From: Octopus bimaculoides
Taxonomy: Eukaryota
Reading direction: 5' to 3'
NCBI RefSeq assembly: GCF_001194135.2
Contig: NC_068998.1
Location: 40,087,552 to 40,151,551, forward strand
DNA length: 64,000 nucleotides
Of the stretch, positions 1-12,233 are shown piece after piece. The notes beneath the pieces were generated by a model that was not told the DNA's origin, did not search any database, and saw nothing but the letters and a program-made list of their open reading frames with translations. Position 1 is the stretch's first letter; each line of letters begins with the position of its first letter. Both the position numbers and the translations under genes were made by a program.

Positions 1-2679
1 CTGTTCGGCTGATTAGCTAAGCAGTTGCACTCCTTTATGATATGTCACAATTTGAATGCCCAGTTATCTTTAAAGGCACTTTGAAGGGAGAATGTATAGT
101 TTAGCCATTAGGTGTTGCAGCAATTTCTGGTGTTACTGTTGCAAGAGAAATTTTGTTTTCATATTGCATTCTGGCAAATATTGTTAAGAAAAAGACGCTT
201 TCGTTATTTCTTTCTAGAATATCAAGTCAATAAATTGTCCACATACTTCCTTAACTGATGTGATAATGCATTTATAAACAGGCTGCTGTTCTGTATTCAG
301 TACAGGAATGCTGGTGTCCATTATCTGTTTTAGCTGTTCTGTATTATATTCTAACTCTTCTATGGTATGGTCCAATTGTATTTTCATAGTTTCCGAAAGC
401 ATTTTACTAAGAATCCTGTCTATTGGTTGTACTTTAACACAATGCATCTTGTCTTCACCTAAAGTATAGGAGTGATAGTTCTAGACAGTTACGGGATTGG
501 ATGGTCTTATATATATAAAAGGATTGTTGTAAACACCTGGTGACATGCCTTTCCAACTGACACATTGGCTCTTTCTTTTATCATGTTATGACTTACTCTA
601 TCAGTACCAATTTTTGCAAGCTTCTTGATGACATAATTACATCTATTGTTCTTAAAACTTGTTGGTCTTGGTTTATAGTATAGTAGCATTCTTATGAAGT
701 TGAGCTCTACTTAATGAGGTTTGAGATTGATGACAGGAATCCTGCCAGTCATATTATTCAGTCTGTCACTTTCCACTACACCTCCAAACATCTTTCTCTT
801 AATTACTTCATATTTTCTTGCAAACTTTTTATTGAAGCATCTGCAATATTGGAAGATATCTAAATAAAGTATATTGTTTGCTTTTAGAGCAGCAACATTA
901 AGTTCAAAGAGTCCACTCAACGTAGTCACCACTAGCCTGTAGTTTGCCACATCATTTGCTTCATTAGGTTCAAGAAGAACAATTTGATCATACTGTAAAT
1001 GCACTGGAAGCTTTTGTATAGGAGAATATCAATTGTTATATGGGAAATTTCATTGAGGCCCTAATAAATGATTGTGATACTGATATATCATGTGTTTGAA
1101 TCTCATCTAAAACCTGCTCTCCCCTTGACTTTTGAACTAGGACATGAACCAATCCTTTGGTAACATGCTTGTAGAAGTTCTTCACTGCCTTTATGCTCTT
1201 CATACTTTGTTTTGAGTGTAAGGTTATACAATACGACCTTACAACTGAACTTTGCAGGTTTGCACAATGGAAGATGCACATTTATGTTCTGTTAGGTTTC
1301 TATAAAAAGGCTTGGAATTTTCAGTCAACAGTCTAACTTGAAAATTGTTTTAGAATCCTTTTTCACATTTATAATCTGTTCCTTCACCCTTTCACCAGAC
1401 ATACATAGATTATTAAAACTAGTATTTCTACCAGACTAAGGATCATATTCTTTTTAACTTCATCAAACAACAAAGAATGCCTTTCTTTATCTGGAATCTC
1501 AGCACAAATAAATCAATCAATATAAGCCAATTTGGGATTTATTTCCTTGTGTGAAGATAACAAGAACTTGAGCATGGCAGTCCTTCCTTCAGGTCCTCTT
1601 TCATACATATATAAAGCAATTACTTTTCCAAGGTAATCATCTTCAAGTAAATCATGAAAAGCTATTTCAGATTTTGTGGAAACAATGTTACCATATTATC
1701 TGGTTGATCATTTGGTTTTTAAACCTGGTAAAAGGGTTGACTTAAATCTTATTCCAATTTGGATTTGTTATAAAAGTAATGAAGAAACCTGGCTTATCAT
1801 AGTATCTGATGATACTCGTGAAATCTTGAAATGCTTCTGCATACCACCTTGGTGATTCATACAAACTTACTGGTAATATGATTTTGTTTCCTCACTCTGA
1901 TTTAATTGTCTCTCTTCACACAACATCCACAAGTCTTTTGTACTTGTCTGCACAAATTGATTTTTTTGTTATAATTATACCACTTTAATCTTTGCTTTAT
2001 TATCTTAATAAAGCCATCAATTGCATATTGCTGGAAGTTTTCACAATTTCAAAATTACATTGAAATTTTTTTGAGAGTGTACATTCAATCTGTAGTAGCT
2101 GTACAGTATGGAAGAAGTCTGGTTATTATTTCTGATACTCTTAACATATAAATTACTAGCAAAAGGAAACCTGAAAACCTGATGTGAAGGACATTATAAC
2201 TTTGATGTATTCCATTTATATTTCAAGCTGCTTCTGTATTTATGTATTACTACAGCCAGACTTTCTATTGCTTCATTGAACAGCAGAGCAACCACTTTGT
2301 ATTGGGCATGAAATAGTGCTCCTTATGGTCACCATTTTGGCTTCTTGTTCTCAGTACTACTTTAATCTCTTCTCTTTTGGTGATCTCAGTAGCAAACTTG
2401 AAATCTCTTTGGTTCAATTTAAGGTATCTTGCAACTTAACTATCACATCAAAGTTCATTGTCGGATTTTTTTTCGTATGTTGTAAAAAAAAAAATCTATG
2501 CAATCTTTAGTCACACATTTTCACATGGAATAAGTGACCTTTTGATGCAACGAGTTTGACTGTAACCTGATATTGTTGTTTCCTGATAACCAAGAGAAGC
2601 CATGGGATTGTTGTAACTTGTGATTTTGTCAAGGAAATGAATCCATCTGGAGGGATGAATTTAATATTACCTTTAGAAC

Positions 2680-3135
2680 AAGCTGGCTGAATCTTTAGCA
2701 TGACAGACAATATGCTTAGCAGCATCCCATCCTTCTTTATGTTCTGAGTTCAAATTTTACCAAGGTGGAAAGCGAAACCGTCAATGGCACTTGTGCCCAG
2801 CATCGCCTTCCTGGCACTTTTGCCGGATGGCAAGTGTAAAGACATTTGAGCGAGATCATTGCCAGCTGGACATCCAGCTGTAGAAAGTCTGCCAAATCAG
2901 ATTGGAGCCTGGTGTAGCCATCTGGTTTCACCAGTCCTCAGTCAAATCGTCCAACCCATGCTAGCATGGAAAGCGGACGTTAAACGACGACGATGATGAT
3001 GATGATGTGGACTTTGCCTTTCATCCTTTCAGAGTCAATAAATTAAGTACCAACTGAGTACTGGAGTGGATGTTATCGATTAACCTCTCCTCCAAACTTG
3101 CTGGCCTTGTGCCAAAACTTGAAATCAGTATTAGC
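2680..3135 (+). mobile_element. tRNA-derived SINE (family C, Meta-domain-like core), split by a second SINE
   Basis: The head gttctgagttcaaatt..aaggtgga resumes after 3006 as gtggactttgcctttcatcctttcagagtcaataaattaagtacc. Flanks are ttagaaca and ttagtaca (probable TSD). The Meta-domain assignment is from recalled similarity only. Confidence 0.75.
2770..3006 (+). mobile_element. SINE family B (ccatgctagcatggaaagcggacgttaaa + (GAT)n tail)
   Basis: Same 3' tail as the copies at 42280-42460 and 56625-56990; gtgga duplicated on both sides. Confidence 0.75.
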
Positions 3136-3985
3136 ATTAGTACAACAGTGGTTTGATATTTTACTTTGTGGATTGCAAAAGCTGTGCACTTATCCTTGTT
3201 ATTCTCTTTGAAAAGTCCTGGCTTTGTACTGTCAGTTATTGACTGTGGCAGTACTGATTCTTGGAAAGAAGCTTAATTCAAGTTAACAACATGCATCTTT
3301 TCTTTCAAAGTTTTATGAAAGCAAGCTTGAGCATTGTTACCATTCTGTCACCTTCCAGACAAGTCTTCCTTTCTTCTCTTTGATTTAATCAGGCATCAGT
3401 TCTATAGTTTTTATTAGCTGCTAGGTGGATGTTTGTTTCTTCTTCATAGTCTTTTAATCAAGCAGCAGCCATACAGTTTATGTTTGCTACTAGATGGGTC
3501 TTCCTTTGTTTTTCACCTTTACCTGTATCCTGATGATGCTTCCTTTTGAATTTTTCCATTCTACTATGATATTGCCATTACAATAACTTAAGGAGGTTCA
3601 AAAAATGTTCTGTATTTGTCATTTCTAGAGTATTTAGGAAGTTGAAAAGGATCTCTGAAAACCATCTTTTTGTAAATGAGCTATTAGTGGAGTCTAAATT
3701 TTTATAGGTGGTTGCCATTGGGGATTAAAACTGAATTTTTTTGAGGGAGAAGGGACATGAACTTCTATGGAATGGGAAGAAATAAGACACTTGTTCCCAT
3801 TATTCTCATGGTAAGTTTTGACTATTAGTTATTAACTGTAGCAGTACTGACTCTTGGAAAGAAGCACAATCTCAACCTCTTCATACTCCCTTTATTTTCC
3901 CAATCTTTTTCTCTTACTTTCTCTCTTCCAGAGTGATTCTTTTTATTACTCTCTCATTTTTTCCTTCCTCTCCCTCAACTAAGTA

Positions 3986-4019
<34 letters not shown>

Positions 4020-4047
4020 AGAGTGTTAGGTGTGATGTTGAACATTT

Positions 4048-4087
<40 letters not shown>

Positions 4088-4587
4088 TCTTTCTCTGCTT
4101 ACACTCCTTACAAAGGGAACGCAAATTTCACAAATTGGCAGTAAACAAATATCCTAAGGCAACTTGTAAAATGCATATGATATATTAATGTTGAAAAATA
4201 TTTCTCATAACAAGAAAATACTTCATGTGTAAAAGGTTTTAGAGAAGTTAATAAAAATAGACAAAAGACTATATCTATTTCAATGTATTGATATATATGT
4301 ATAAAATATATACTTAAATCTCATACTTAAATCTATTTAGCACAATAAAATCGAAGCTAGGGGACTTGTCTGTTGATATAAAAAATACATATATTCAGGC
4401 AATAAAGTATCTGACCTGATGCACAAATGTATTCCTATTAACAAAGTATAGTTAAACAAAATGAACATTACAAAATACCATCTGATTACCAAATGTTATA
4501 TTAGGTGAGAGATGGCATGGCTTGTACCATTAAGGACTAAAAAGTTTCTGACATACTCTGTGGTAGTCAGCTTGTTAACATTGGAAT

Positions 4588-4975
4588 GGGCATGGCTGTG
4601 TGGTTTAGAAGCCCACTTTGCAATTATATGGTTTCAGGTTCAGTCCCACTGCGTGGCACCTTGGGCTTCTATTATAGCTTGAGGCTGACTAATGCCTTGT
4701 GATTGAATTTGGCAGACACACAGAAACTGTGTGGAAGCCCATCATGTGTGTGTGTGTGTGTTTAAGTTTGTTTCCTTATCACTACCTGACAAGTGTTGGT
4801 TTGATTATGTCCCCTGTGACTTAGCAGTTCAGCATTAGAGGTCAATAGAATAAGTACCAGGCTTTAAAAAAATATGAGTACTGGCAATCAGTTTGTTCAA
4901 CTGAAAACCCTTCATGATGGTGCTCCAGTATGGCTGTAGACCAATGACTGAAACAAGCTAAAAGAAAAAAGAACT
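4588..4975 (+). mobile_element. tRNA-derived SINE family A
   Basis: A-box-like tggctgtgtgg and B-box-like ggttcagtcccactgcgtggcaccttgggc; internal (TG)n; matches other copies in the window. Confidence 0.8.
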
Positions 4976-6727
4976 AACTTGGTCATGTGACAGTTAAGTA
5001 TTCCTGCCACCAATATCACACAACAGCAATGATAGAATTGAATTTATTGACCCTTTTGTTGTTAAAAGCCAGCACCCTAACAACCTACTCAGCTGCTGGC
5101 AATATAGAAAAATTTAATTGTTGTTGATGATGATGGTATAGAAATCTGTCCAGTATTGAACTCCACTTAAATATGACAAAAATTTTAATGTTTTAACCAT
5201 TGATTTACCCATTTTTATTTTTTTTCACTATTTCATTGATTTTATTTTATGTTGTGTTGAGGAGCCAGATTTAATCATTTTTCAATTTAATTTCATAACT
5301 TTCCTTCTTTCTTTCTTGTTCATAAATTGTTTTGAATTTAATCAATCAGTGATTTCATTTTTTTTTTTTTGCACTCCTATTTTTATGTCTTTGTATACAT
5401 CATGCGAGCATGGGTGGTGATGGTTTATGCAAATCTGGACAGTTGTATATTGTTGAAGTAATTGCATTTTTTTTTTAACCCCTTTCTCCCACCATGCCAA
5501 TAATCAAGATGTCTGACCCTTGCTACTGTTAATTACTTTACTGTAAAATAGTACTGGCAATAGTACCTAGGAATTAGTCTAACCAGGAAGAGTAAACCAT
5601 GTACAGTTATGTCTTGGTTAGAGGTACCACCATCACAATGGTGGTGGGGTAGTAGTGGTGTTGTTGTTGTTGGTGGTTGTAGTAGTAGTAGGAGGAAGAG
5701 CCAAAGCAGCAGCAGCATTAGTAAAGGGTTTGATATCGTTACCATGTGGTCTGTAGAATAGCTTCTTAAATGTCTCAACTGCCATTGGGCATCACTCTTG
5801 AATAAACTTTGCAGAATCTGACCTAACTAGAAATAACCTATCACTAAAATAAATCTGATCTTTTATTATTATTACTTTATTTTCTCTGAGAGAAGCATAG
5901 AAACATAAAGATTTTTTCAAAGGTTTGTGTGATGGGACAACTGGCTGATTTAATAATATGGAGGTGATTTAAATCTTGCTTGAGGTGTTGTTTTATGCTC
6001 TTAGGCACAACATACATTATTCTGTTTGTTTCAAAGAATGCTGCAATTTTAGCTTTCTTGACTGTTTGATCCTTGCAGAGTATGCAGCTATTAAACAAAT
6101 GCTCTAATATTCCTTTATGCGCATGTGTGTGTGTGTGTATGTGTGTACTGGTAGGGAAAAAAGCTAACTTGCTCTTTCCCTGGTCCACTACAGGGGCTAA
6201 CTAGTGACAGTAAGCTGTGTATAAGAGGGTTGCAAGTAGGTGAAAAGAGCTTTGTTCTTAGCTACTGCTGCAGTAGAAACATCACACCACCCTGTATAAA
6301 TGCAGAGTTGTGTACATGATGCACTCACTAAATGGATGTATGTGTATGCATGTATCATGATTAATATAAGACAAAGCTTCCAGGTAAAACAAATATATAC
6401 AACCTGGTTTCAATTCCCAGTTGTTGCTTACTCATTTTATATATAGCATTAATATTTTAAGAAGAGACCAAGCTATCACATCTTCCATCACTGTCTTATT
6501 GGAGTCAAGAAGACTTTATCAGTTGCTGGATATCACTGAACATGAAAGCTTTAACTAGCTATTGATTTACTTCTTCATATTAAAGCAGTTGATTATTAAA
6601 TATTTGATAATATTAATAATGATGATCATGATGGTTTTTGACCACAAGTTTGTGGAGAAGTGTATGTGGATTACATCAGCTTCACTACTTGACATGTACT
6701 TTATCAATATTGATTTCTAACAATGGA

Positions 6728-7045
6728 AGGTGACAAGCTGGCAGAACTGTTAGCACACTGGGTAAAATGCTTAGTGGTATTTCATCCATCTTCACATTCT
6801 GAGTTCAAATTATGCCAAGGTTGACTTTGCCTTCTGGTTTCAAATTTTGGTACAAGGCCAGTAATTTTGAGGGAAGGGGTACATTGATTACACCAGTCCT
6901 GGTGCTCAGCTGGTACTTATTTTATCAATCCTGAAAGGATGGTAGGCAAAGTCGACCTCAACAGAATTTGAACTCAGAACATCAAGATGGACAAAATTCC
7001 ACTGAACATTTTGCCCAACAAGCTAATGATTCTGCCAGTTAACCA
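6728..7045. mobile_element. Two family C SINE pieces in opposite orientation (+ head 6728-6833; - copy 6835-7045)
   Basis: ctggcagaactgttagc..gttgactttgcct is followed later by its diverged reverse complement aggcaaagtcgacc..gattctgccag. Confidence 0.7.
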
Positions 7046-7118
7046 CCCACCACCACCACCACCACCCTTCTAATATTGACATATGCTCATAAATTTTGGA
7101 GGAAGTGCAGTTAATTAA

Positions 7119-7323
7119 CCCTTTTGATACCAGCCTGCCTGAAACAGCTTCTGGCTCTAGTACAAATGTCTTGTTTTCAAAAACTCTAAATTAAAATCTT
7201 TCACAATTTATGTTCCTAACAGTAGTTAATGATAACTAAGTTATTTTATTAAATTCTTTGTTATATTTAAAATTAATTGAAAGAAACACAGAGCATCTCA
7301 ACAGAAATATGGTAGCAAAAGGG
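7119..7323 (+). mobile_element. piggyBac-like MITE family 1 (diverged copy)
   Basis: TTAA|CCCTTTTGATACC ... GGTAGCAAAAGGG|TTAA; interior collinear with 10186-10405. Confidence 0.8.
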
Positions 7324-7339
7324 TTAAATGAATTAGAGT

Positions 7340-7870
7340 ATACTACTGGCACTATATTTTTTCAACTTTGGAAAGATGAATAGGAAAATTCACCTCAGCA
7401 CAATTTGAACTCAGAATGAAAAGGGACATAACTAATTACTGCATGGCATTTCATTGGATGCTTTACCAATCCACTCTTCTCCACCAGCAACATTATTTTG
7501 CCAATCTACTCCCTTCAACAACAATAATGATTGTTTATAATTTAGAGACAAGACCAGTAGTTTTGAAGAAAAGGTGTTAATTGATGCCATGGACCCCAGT
7601 ACTTGATTGGTATTTTATTTTATCATCCCTGAAAGGATGATAAGCAAAGTTGATGGTAATTTGAATTCAGAAAGTAAAGAACCAGAACAGTATCCACCAA
7701 GCAAGAAATTTGAGGAGTGGGTTTGTTCGTTTGAATCAACCACAGCACTGTGCTGGTGTTTTATTTTATTGGCCTCAGAAGGATAAAAGGTGAAGTTGAC
7801 TGTGGTGGATTTGAACTCAGTCTGTAAATAGTTGGAATGAATACTATGAGGTATTTTATTGGATGTTTTA
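7340..7870 (-). mobile_element. Three degraded family C SINE fragments
   Basis: Repeated tttgaactcag/gaaaggatga/ccccagtacttg motifs. Confidence 0.55.
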
Positions 7871-8462
7871 ATTATTTTGCTGTAATTTTAACACAAGGTC
7901 ACCTATTTTGAGTAATGAGTATAGAATATTTAATTCAACTCTCTAGGTGTTTATTTCATCTCAGTAGGAATGATAATGTAACCTTTAGTTAAATAAAAAC
8001 ATAGGATAATGTAACTTAAATACTGCAGTACTCTGTTACTTCTGAGACCCAACCACACATACACAAATATTTATTTGTTATTGTACCTTTGCCTATAAAT
8101 ATGTTTATATATATATATAAGTTTGTATAGGTGTTAATACATACACATATATAAGTTTACATCTATATGTGGTTGAATATTGCAAACAACTCCACTCATG
8201 TAATTTTGGCTGGTCTCAAGAGAACCTCCAAGTTCTGCATTTTTAACCATGGCTACACTCACACATATATAAGGTTTGAATGTGTATATGATACCAACTC
8301 TGAATGGAAACAAACTTTCTGACAATTAAGCACTATTCAGTTGCAGACCTGACTAGATATGGGTATATAGTATATGTAATGTAATATATATGTATGGGGG
8401 TATTAATAGTTTGTATATATATTTATGTAAATATAATGTGTGTGTGTAATCATCACTTAACA

Positions 8463-8720
8463 TCCATGTTCCTGGTTGGTATGGGTTGAATGGCTTGACA
8501 ATCTGATATGTATCCAAGGACTGCATGCACTTTGTGCTCATAATCCACATACACTTCATGCTCCAGTGTCTGATTTGGTGCGATTTCTATGGTTGGATGC
8601 CCTTCTTAATACCAACCACTTTACACCATGGGTAAGGTACATTTTTCGTTCCAGCACTACTGTTGAGTTTGCCATGCAGCTCGCAGAACTACAAACCCTG
8701 ATGGGAGCAGTCAGCTTCAT
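8463..8720 (-). mobile_element. SINE family B fragment
   Basis: tttctatggttggatgcccttcttaataccaaccactttaca is the reverse complement of the family B body. Confidence 0.6.
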
Positions 8721-9587
8721 GCTAGGGGACAAGAGGATTGAACTATGAGAAGTGGGGAGGGGTGCACATTGCAGGTCTTATAGAGGATCTGCATGGTCAC
8801 TATATGTATACATTGTAGCACTGTGATATTTATTAATATATGATAACAGAAAAAACACAATCAACTCAGTACTGTTACAAAGTGGATATTTATGTGTTAA
8901 ACAGTATCAATATGTTTGTGACACAATTTTTAAAGATCATGATGTACACACATGGATAGTCAAGTGCATATGGTTTGAATAATAAACAATGGTGAAACTG
9001 TGCAGTAATGGCAGTGTAAGTAACATACTGTACTATTTAAAGTACATATGCAGACACACATACACACTCACATATATATAAGGAAGAGGAAAATGTGTTA
9101 AGAGGAACAACTCAAACAGATTAATGACATGAATTTGGCTTGAGGATTAAGTAAAAATTGAACCTACTTCCCTTGGTGACCATCCAATTATATTATTACC
9201 TTTTATACTTCTATCTGTTCACCAATTTTCCAGTTTGCTATGTGTGGAACATTGCCAGTGGTAGTTACTTCCTTCAGTTATGCTACAATGCTAAATTGTC
9301 TGCCTGCAAGTTTATTCACTTAGATAATTAGAAACAAATAGATGGGAGATTTTTTATCATTATTACTATATATTATTAATACATTCACAAATGTGATATT
9401 AATATAATATAATGATAATAGTAAATACTATTCAATAATGATTTATTAATGAGGACTTTTAAAGCACTGCCCACCTCTTCTGTGCACATATACATGCACT
9501 CTCACACACACATATAAATATATAAGCAAACCTATCTTTCATTATATTGGTCTTTGTTCTTGTTTGCTAATGCATGTTTGCATTTCA

Positions 9588-9624
<37 letters not shown>

Positions 9625-9626
<2 letters not shown>

Positions 9627-9795
9627 TAATCCCTCAACTATCCAAAACCTCCCTCAGAAATAATTCAAATCTAAAAAAATATAAATACCTAGTGGCTGCA
9701 GAAACTCAGATATACTGAGGAGTTCACAAAATAAATTTACATATATTAGCCAGAAAAATCCGCGATGTACTGAGTACATGATAGGGGGACTGCGA
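9625..9795. mobile_element. Possible Tigger/pogo-type MITE remnant
   Basis: TA|CAGTAATCCCTCAACTATC at the left end resembles a Tigger TIR; only a degenerate right end (gatagggggactg). Confidence 0.35.
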
Positions 9796-9799
9796 TGTA

Positions 9800-10735
9800 C
9801 TAGCATAGCATCTCATCACTTTTTTGAGGCTCCCCATTATCTTCTTCCTGAGTTTCAGCATCCTGACCACTTTTTCCATACCTTCTTTGGTCTTCCTGTT
9901 TTGCAGCTTCCTTCTGTCAGATTCACTTGACACTTCTTTACTCAACTTCCATCCTCCAGGTACATTTCATGTTCATACAAATGTCACCTCACTTGCACAC
10001 TACAGCTAATTCCTCTCATACTCAGTTTTATTCCTCACTCATTTGTGTTCCACTGTTCATTAACACATTGCCCATGCAGCAAAGCATGTCTTTACACATC
10101 TACAGTACATACTCAGCCTTATTTTTCTCTAGCTTTTGCATAATCTCTACATTCTGTGCCTTTATCTCACTATTATACAATTTAACCCTTTCGTTACCAA
10201 CCCAGCTGGAACCGGCTCTGGCTCTGAGTACAAATGTCTTGTTTTTATAAGTTTTGAATTAAAATCTTCTACCAAACCTTAGTCATAATTTATGTTCCTA
10301 ACACTAGCTGAATGATAACTAAGTTATTTTACTAAATTCTTTGTTATATTTAAAGTAATTCAAAGAAGCACAGAGCATCTCAAAATAAATACGGTAACGA
10401 AAGGGTTAAGACTTCATATACAAGTATTAAACAGCTGTCCTTCATTCAGAGAGAGGATCTCTTTGTTACTAATAGAGGTAATTGCTTCCTGAATTTTCTC
10501 CATTCTATTCTTATTCTGGCAAATATGCTTTCAGAACACCCTCATATACTGCTGATTTAGTCACCTAAGTAACAGAAGCTGTCAGCTATTTCTAGAGAAT
10601 CTTTCAGGCACTTGAACAAACTCATTTCATGGTTTCTCATAACTGTTAACTACTTTTGTGCATCTGCCACATCATACAAAGAAAATCCTTCTCTATCAAC
10701 CTGCTTCTAATCCCTTGTGAACTAATAGTTTACAT
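9800..10735 (-). mobile_element. RTE-clade LINE ORF 3' fragment, interrupted by a MITE
   Basis: Minus translation: SLEIADSFCYLGD, ARIRIEWRKFRKQLPLL, LYNSE..MQKLEKN, KLSMRGI, GRPKKVW; collinear with the copy at 55940-56570. Confidence 0.8.
10186..10405 (+). mobile_element. piggyBac-like MITE family 1 (220 bp)
   Basis: Perfect 13-bp TIR CCCTTTCGTTACC/GGTAACGAAAGGG with TTAA at 10182-10185 and 10406-10409. Confidence 0.9.
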
Positions 10736-11260
10736 TGGGTAGACTAGTTTTCTCCTTTTTATATATCTTATCTATACATCCCACATGCATGCACACACAC
10801 ACATGCGCATTGTGTTAGTGTATCTCTTGCAACATGTTTATATTGCGGGCAGTAAGTCAGTCCAGTTATGTTGGATGTTAGCAATGTGCATAGGATAAAC
10901 TAATGACAATAACAAGCAAACAGATGGTTGCGTGTGTGAATAAGCAAATAAATGAATAAGTAAACTGTAACATATAACAAAATAAATGTTGACTGGAAGC
11001 CTTATTGTTAATATGAGTTTTATTGCTGTGTCTGTGAGCACTTTCATTCATATTTAACTCATCATTAGACAGGATGATTTTTATACTCATTAACAAGCTG
11101 TGGGCCAGAAATGTGATATTATATTTTCACTTACTTGGAGAGATAAAATATATATTTTTATATGCCCAATTCTCCTCAATGGTTTAAAGTTGATTTCTGC
11201 TTATTAATGGAGTGTACTTCTACAATCTGAAAATATAGAGCATCTGGATATCTTGCAAAG

Positions 11261-11411
11261 ACCGAATCATTACTGGCGATGAAAAATGGTGCCTGTACAT
11301 CAATATGAAGCAGCGTAAGGAATGGTTTAGCCCTAGTAAACAAGCGACACCATGCGTGAAACAAGATCTTCATCAGCGTAAAACAATGTTGTGCGTATGG
11401 TGGGACTGAGA
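11261..11411 (+). repeat. Inverted duplicate of internal mariner segment 11620-11770
   Basis: 151-bp arms with 5 mismatches by manual alignment. Confidence 0.95.
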
Positions 11412-12233
11412 GTACAGCGGGTGTGGCAGCACTACCCAGCCATGCATTTAAATGGCTTCCTTGATCATATTGGCAACATGAGAGCGGGCGTTGTTGTGCA
11501 GCAGAAGAACTCCATGCTGCCAATTAGGTCTTTTCTTATGAATAGCTGTGTTGAGTCGTTCCATCTGTTCCGTGTTGACCGTTTGGTTCTGTTCAGGCAA
11601 TTTGTAATGGATTATCACTTCTCAGTCCCACCATATGCACAACATTGTTTTACGCGGATGAAGATCTTGTTTCACGCATGGTGTCGCTTGTTTACTAGGG
11701 CTAAGCCATTCCTTACGCTGCTTCATATTGATGTACAGGCACCATTTTTCATTGCCAGTAACGATTCGGTAAAGAAATCGTTGCTTGTGTCCATGGGTTG
11801 AACAGTGATGAGCAAGGAAACCAGCGGAGATTGTAGCTCGTTGATTATTGTTGTTTTCACTTAAAGCATGTGGAACCCATGCTCCATACTTCTGAACCTT
11901 TCCCATTGAGTGAAGATGCTTCTCTATAGCAGTGTGGGAGCATTCCATTTTCTCTGCCAGTTCTCTTGTCATTTAACGAGAATTTTCGTGCAAAAGTTGG
12001 TTTAATCGCTTTTCATCGAACTCAACTGGACGGCCAGTATGAGGTGCATCTTTGAGGTTAAAATTTCCATTTTTGAACTTGGCATACCAATCACAAGCGG
12101 TTCTTTCAGCTATGGCACCCTCTCCATACACAGCACAAATGTCGCAAGCAGCTTTTGCGGCCTTAGAACCTTGATTAAAAGCTAAAAGAGGGAGGTGTCG
12201 AAAATGCTCGTTTTTCTTAACTTGACATTCCAT
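11412..12233 (-). pseudogene. Mariner (Tc1/mariner, D,D34D type) transposase pseudogene, 3'-truncated at the PYS motif
   Basis: MECQVKKNEHFRH..GRPVEFD, WVPHAL, IVTGNEKW, WWD*, LHNNARSH, WVVLPHPLYS. One frameshift near 11972, internal stops, both surviving catalytic Asp codons read Asn. The 5' TIR is presumably in the gap at 12290. Confidence 0.95.

Larger units (their letters stand above)
1..3560 (-). mobile_element. Degenerate Helitron RepHel (Rep endonuclease + PIF1-like helicase), running off the left window edge and interrupted by SINEs at 2680-3135
   Basis: Manual minus-strand translation gives Helitron motifs in the correct order, with many stops and frameshifts: SFCN..HCC/SKGNIKF (3190-2650), FQQYAIDGFIKI (~2020), KIILPVSLYESPRWY and KPGFFITFITNPNWNKI (Rep motif 1, ~1752-1880), KEGLPCS (motif 2 remnant, ~1580), IKAVKNFYKHVTKG, GRIPVINLKPH..RMLLYYKPRPTSF, LNTEQQPVYKCI, and AATPNG*TIHSPFKVPL (helicase, ~70-130). 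Confidence 0.9.

Noticed and set aside
11176-11801. ORFs 11176-11523(-) and 11391-11801(+) sharing near-identical peptides
   Set aside because: They are antisense readings of the mariner inverted duplication, not paralogous genes.
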